Below, one piece after another: positions 60,806-64,000 of a DNA stretch of 64,000 nucleotides. Under the pieces are notes generated by a model, which saw only the letters and a program-made list of their open reading frames with translations, was not told the origin of the DNA and ran no database searches. The stretch lies in assembly GCA_023382265.1 (NCBI GenBank), contig JAMCPX010000008.1, forward strand, positions 84,274 through 148,273, written 5' to 3'. This stretch comes from Deltaproteobacteria bacterium (GTDB lineage: Bacteria > JAMCPX01). The position numbers and the translations under genes are program-made. The stretch's first letter is position 1, and every line of letters starts with the position of its first letter.

Positions 60806-60836
60806 GTGTTTATAGTACCATCGTTTAATTATGAAT

Positions 60837-60864
60837 GTAGAGGCAATTCATGAGCTGCCGCTAC
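60837..60864. repeat. GTAG-family REP-like palindrome
   Basis: GTAGAGGCAATTCATGAGCTGCCGCTAC. Confidence 0.6.
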
Positions 60865-60975
60865 AACAAAACAACCCCGTTTTCTTTTCGCCGTGTGACT
60901 GCTCTAATAATATGGACGGCTGCATGGGTTTACCCATACAAATCGTGAACCAGTGCAATGACGTATACATATGCC

Positions 60976-62175
60976 TTATTTCACAGCAGGCGGTGGATGC
61001 GTTATTGCGATATTAAGATTAGCGGCAGAATCATTTTGATCAAGCATATCCCTTGTCAGGAAAAGGCTGCTGTTATTGTGGCAATTTGTACAGCTCGATA
61101 TGCTGTCACCTCCATTTTGCGGGGTAATAAGCTGTATGTTATGGGGATACGTATTCTGCCATGTCGGCACAAGATCAAAACCCGGAAGAAGACCAAACCC
61201 GAAATAATCAAAAGTATCCCTTGTGATGGGGTAATGCCTTACGGTTGTATAGATATAGGATTCTGTTGTTATATCGTTAAGCCCGATCCTGAAATCCGTT
61301 TGTGTGAACTGTGCCGCACCTATATACTGATTTCCCGAGTACATGCTTATATAATCATACGTGTTTTTATAAGGTAGTGAGTGACATACGGTGCAATTGA
61401 GAGTTCCCATCTGTGGTATGTTGTGTTCTGTGATACCCGAAGTACCATTGGTAACATCGGTATGACACATACCGCATTGGGGCATCTCCTTTACCTGCCA
61501 CATTGTTGTATAGGTTATACCATCACCGTGTATGCCGTTGCTGTGACAGTCCTTGCATTGAAAGCCGAGATTATAATGAACATCGGGCGGATTGCTTGAT
61601 AGACCTTCAAATTCCTGTGCTTGTGTTGTGTGGCACTGATTACACGTGTCCTGCATTGATGCGACTGTAAATTCATGTCCTTCGATCAGTCCGCCGGTAA
61701 TTGGTCTTTGCACATGACAACCGCCGCAAGATGCATGGCAGGTCTGACAGTCTACTTTGTTTGGAGTGTTTAAATTGTTATAGTATGAACAGGAGATTTT
61801 CTGTAAATAAGATTTCTCCCCGGCAAGGGTGTAATGCAAGCTGGTTGTATAGCTCTGGACAATCCCTGCATGGCAATTTGCGCATACCGTATTTGGATCA
61901 AGAGATGGATCGTTTACGATACCATTGTGTGCCTGAACCATTGAAGTGGTAGAAGAATCTCCTTTATGACAGTCCACGCATTGCATAACGTTATGCGGGG
62001 AATTCAAAAAAGCGGATGTAACAAGGAAATCGGCAGGATTTATGGAGGAAGCCGATGCCTGAAGCATCGAAGCACTTGTGTGGCATACTTTACAATTATT
62101 TATGTTGTTTACTTCACTTTTGCCGCACCCTGCAATCACCAGAGCTATAAACATAAGAACTAATAGCTTTTTCAT
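60976..62175 (-). CDS. Decaheme c-type cytochrome lipoprotein
   Basis: Lipobox VIAG-C; ten CxxCH (CKVCH, CVDCH, CANCH, CQTCH, CGGCH, CNQCH, CKDCH, CGMCH, CTVCH, CTNCH); AGGAGG SD. Confidence 0.9.
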   Translation of the reverse strand: MKKLLVLMFIALVIAGCGKSEVNNINNCKVCHTSASMLQASASSINPADFLVTSAFLNSPHNVMQCVDCHKGDSSTTSMVQAHNGIVNDPSLDPNTVCANCHAGIVQSYTTSLHYTLAGEKSYLQKISCSYYNNLNTPNKVDCQTCHASCGGCHVQRPITGGLIEGHEFTVASMQDTCNQCHTTQAQEFEGLSSNPPDVHYNLGFQCKDCHSNGIHGDGITYTTMWQVKEMPQCGMCHTDVTNGTSGITEHNIPQMGTLNCTVCHSLPYKNTYDYISMYSGNQYIGAAQFTQTDFRIGLNDITTESYIYTTVRHYPITRDTFDYFGFGLLPGFDLVPTWQNTYPHNIQLITPQNGGDSISSCTNCHNNSSLFLTRDMLDQNDSAANLNIAITHPPPAVK

Positions 62176-62205
62176 CCCGTCCTCCTTTTGACGATATAAA
62201 AAATA

Positions 62206-62730
62206 TCAAAAATAATAATGTATGCCTGCATTTATAGTATCAGCAGAAATGCCAAATGCTGTACCGTATCCATCGAGATATTTTACACCGAGATCGAGCT
62301 CGAGATTAAACCCGAGATTCGGAAGTCCCTGAAAGAAAAATTCTATACCGCCTAAAGCACCAAGGCTGAAACCCGTTTTCATCTCTACTCCTGTAGCTGT
62401 TGAAACCGGTTGATTAAAAACGTATAAACCAGCGCCTGTATACAAGTTCATATTGGCTTCTTCCATTACATTATACAGGAATTTACCTCCGAGCCCAAAC
62501 GATGTCTGGCTGCTGCCGTTGTTTGGTGAAAAATTCAGAAAGGCAAAATCTCCCTGAATCCCCATGTCTTTGTTAAACCAGTACCTTGCAGATGCTGCAT
62601 CAAGATGCTGGTTTATGCCTATCTGCGAATTAAAACCGGCACCAATTCTTTCACTGAGATCCTTTGCCCATAGCTTGGGAACAATACCTACACTCAGCAA
62701 TCCCATTAAAACGAGTACTTTTATCTTCAT
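62206..62730 (-). CDS. Small outer-membrane beta-barrel protein
   Basis: Signal peptide; alternating Gly/aromatic strands (GIEFFF..LPNLGFNLE); C-terminal GIHYYF. Confidence 0.78.
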   Translation of the reverse strand: MKIKVLVLMGLLSVGIVPKLWAKDLSERIGAGFNSQIGINQHLDAASARYWFNKDMGIQGDFAFLNFSPNNGSSQTSFGLGGKFLYNVMEEANMNLYTGAGLYVFNQPVSTATGVEMKTGFSLGALGGIEFFFQGLPNLGFNLELDLGVKYLDGYGTAFGISADTINAGIHYYF

Positions 62731-62960
62731 AAACAGCTCCTTTATCATGTGTTTTTTGGATATTAACAAAATCTAATATATAAGCAAGCAAACTCTTCAA
62801 AAAAATGCATATAAATAAATGAAAGGAACTCGCCTCTGGTTTAAGAATTTTGAATCCGGTATCTATGTTCACCAAACTTCAGCAGTGCTTTTGATTTTAA
62901 AATGACAAAAACAAATATCTATTTGACTAACACCTGTATCACATATATCATGCTAACAAT

Positions 62961-64000
62961 ATGTTTTTAAAAAGGCTTAATTTTACATTTTTCATTACGT
63001 TATGCTTGTGCCTTTTGTCCTCCGTTTCAAAAGCAGATCAACCATCTATTGAATCACAAAAATATCCTGTAATTACAGCCACCACCCAAACTTCCACAAC
63101 CGTGCATAGCTTCTCAGATTCTATTAACAGTATCTGGGAACAAAGAATTACTTCAACGGATTATGCGTCAATCGTTAAACGTATTAATAAGATAAAACTC
63201 GATAACGGGTTTACCAATCTTTATCCATACAGCCTTGCGCTTATTTATGAATCAAATGAAAAGGCATCAATGAAATTAGTGGACTACGCAGCATTGTTAT
63301 CACCGTCTATGCCGGAGCCGTACTTGTTGTTGTCATACCATATTTTAACATCCAGACATCCGGAGTACGCCAATGCGTTAATGTATTTAATGAAAGGCAT
63401 TAAGCTCTTTTTTGCCGATCCTTACAATCTTATGAGATTTATATCAAACAGGCTCATCAATATTACCTTCGCTATATTTTTTACATCCATTATTTTTAGC
63501 CTATTACTGTTGTTCAGGTATTATCCTCAAATACATAAAACCGTAAGAAGTATATTGCCCGGCATTGTTCCCAATTATGCCATAGTTGTCTTTGCCATAA
63601 TAATAGGGCTGATACCATTATTATTCGGTTTGGGGCCTATATGGCTAATAATTTTATGGCTTTTTATGACACTCATTTATCAGAAACCTGCCGAACGTAT
63701 TTTAAGCATTGGCTTTATAGCATTTCTTGCCATGTTTACCTATATCACGCTTATCGGAGTTGCTACTATTCTGGAACCCGTGGAACAGCCTTTGACAAGC
63801 ATAATGGACATTTATTATGGGACATCTTTAAAAAGCGATATATACAAATTAAAATCTTATGCAGACAGTCATCCGGATGATCTATACAGTAACTTATACA
63901 CAGGACTTTATCTTAAGAAGACAGGGGATTACGGCAGCGCCTTTACCTATTATAAAAGGCTTATAAACGATGGATATGAGAACTCACCTCTCCTGCTTAT
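62961..64000 (+). CDS. Membrane protein with probable TPR repeats, 3'-truncated by the window edge (absent from the ORF track)
   Basis: Frame open from the ATG at 62961 to the end: signal peptide MFLKRLNFTFFITLCLCLLSSVSKA, several TM helices, then TPR-like HPDD...GLYLKKTGDY..A..YY. Confidence 0.7.
   Translation, partial: MFLKRLNFTFFITLCLCLLSSVSKADQPSIESQKYPVITATTQTSTTVHSFSDSINSIWEQRITSTDYASIVKRINKIKLDNGFTNLYPYSLALIYESNEKASMKLVDYAALLSPSMPEPYLLLSYHILTSRHPEYANALMYLMKGIKLFFADPYNLMRFISNRLINITFAIFFTSIIFSLLLLFRYYPQIHKTVRSILPGIVPNYAIVVFAIIIGLIPLLFGLGPIWLIILWLFMTLIYQKPAERILSIGFIAFLAMFTYITLIGVATILEPVEQPLTSIMDIYYGTSLKSDIYKLKSYADSHPDDLYSNLYTGLYLKKTGDYGSAFTYYKRLINDGYENSPLLL

Noticed and set aside
60976..62730. 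Calling the decaheme/barrel pair MtrAB or MtoAB
   Set aside because: The cytochrome is a lipoprotein with different heme spacing, and the barrel is far shorter than MtrB-type porins.
1..64000. CRISPR array, cas genes, prophage, intact transposase/integrase, rRNA
   Set aside because: No regularly spaced direct repeats or recognisable motifs seen by eye. The WYL domain alone does not imply a CRISPR system.

Overview
AT-rich bacterial chromosomal window containing the replication origin: mnmG, a parS site, mnmE, then dnaA-dnaN with DnaA boxes. Gene order is Deltaproteobacteria-like (inferred, not tested). About 2-8 kb from dnaN lies the most notable locus. A Cyc2-type cytochrome-porin fusion and a monoheme cytochrome c are transcribed divergently from a five-gene operon: pentaheme cytochrome c, small membrane subunit, Rieske protein, cytochrome b and a second pentaheme cytochrome c. 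This looks like a compact outer-membrane-to-quinone electron transfer module, a candidate for Fe(II) oxidation. A second candidate extracellular electron transfer pair (small beta-barrel plus decaheme lipoprotein) is near the right end. Other content: tRNA-Ser(CGA); a decayed accessory patch (vapBC pseudogenes, intact short merA, hidden merR remnant); a Pif1-WYL helicase; a large S8 protease; an aryl-polyene-like GT2/MMPL-methyltransferase/acyltransferase cassette; livHMG; the rpmF-plsX-fab-glyA-nrdR housekeeping block; and scattered REP-like palindromes. No CRISPR array, rRNA, prophage or intact transposase was seen. All family assignments come from motif recognition by eye, not from database searches.
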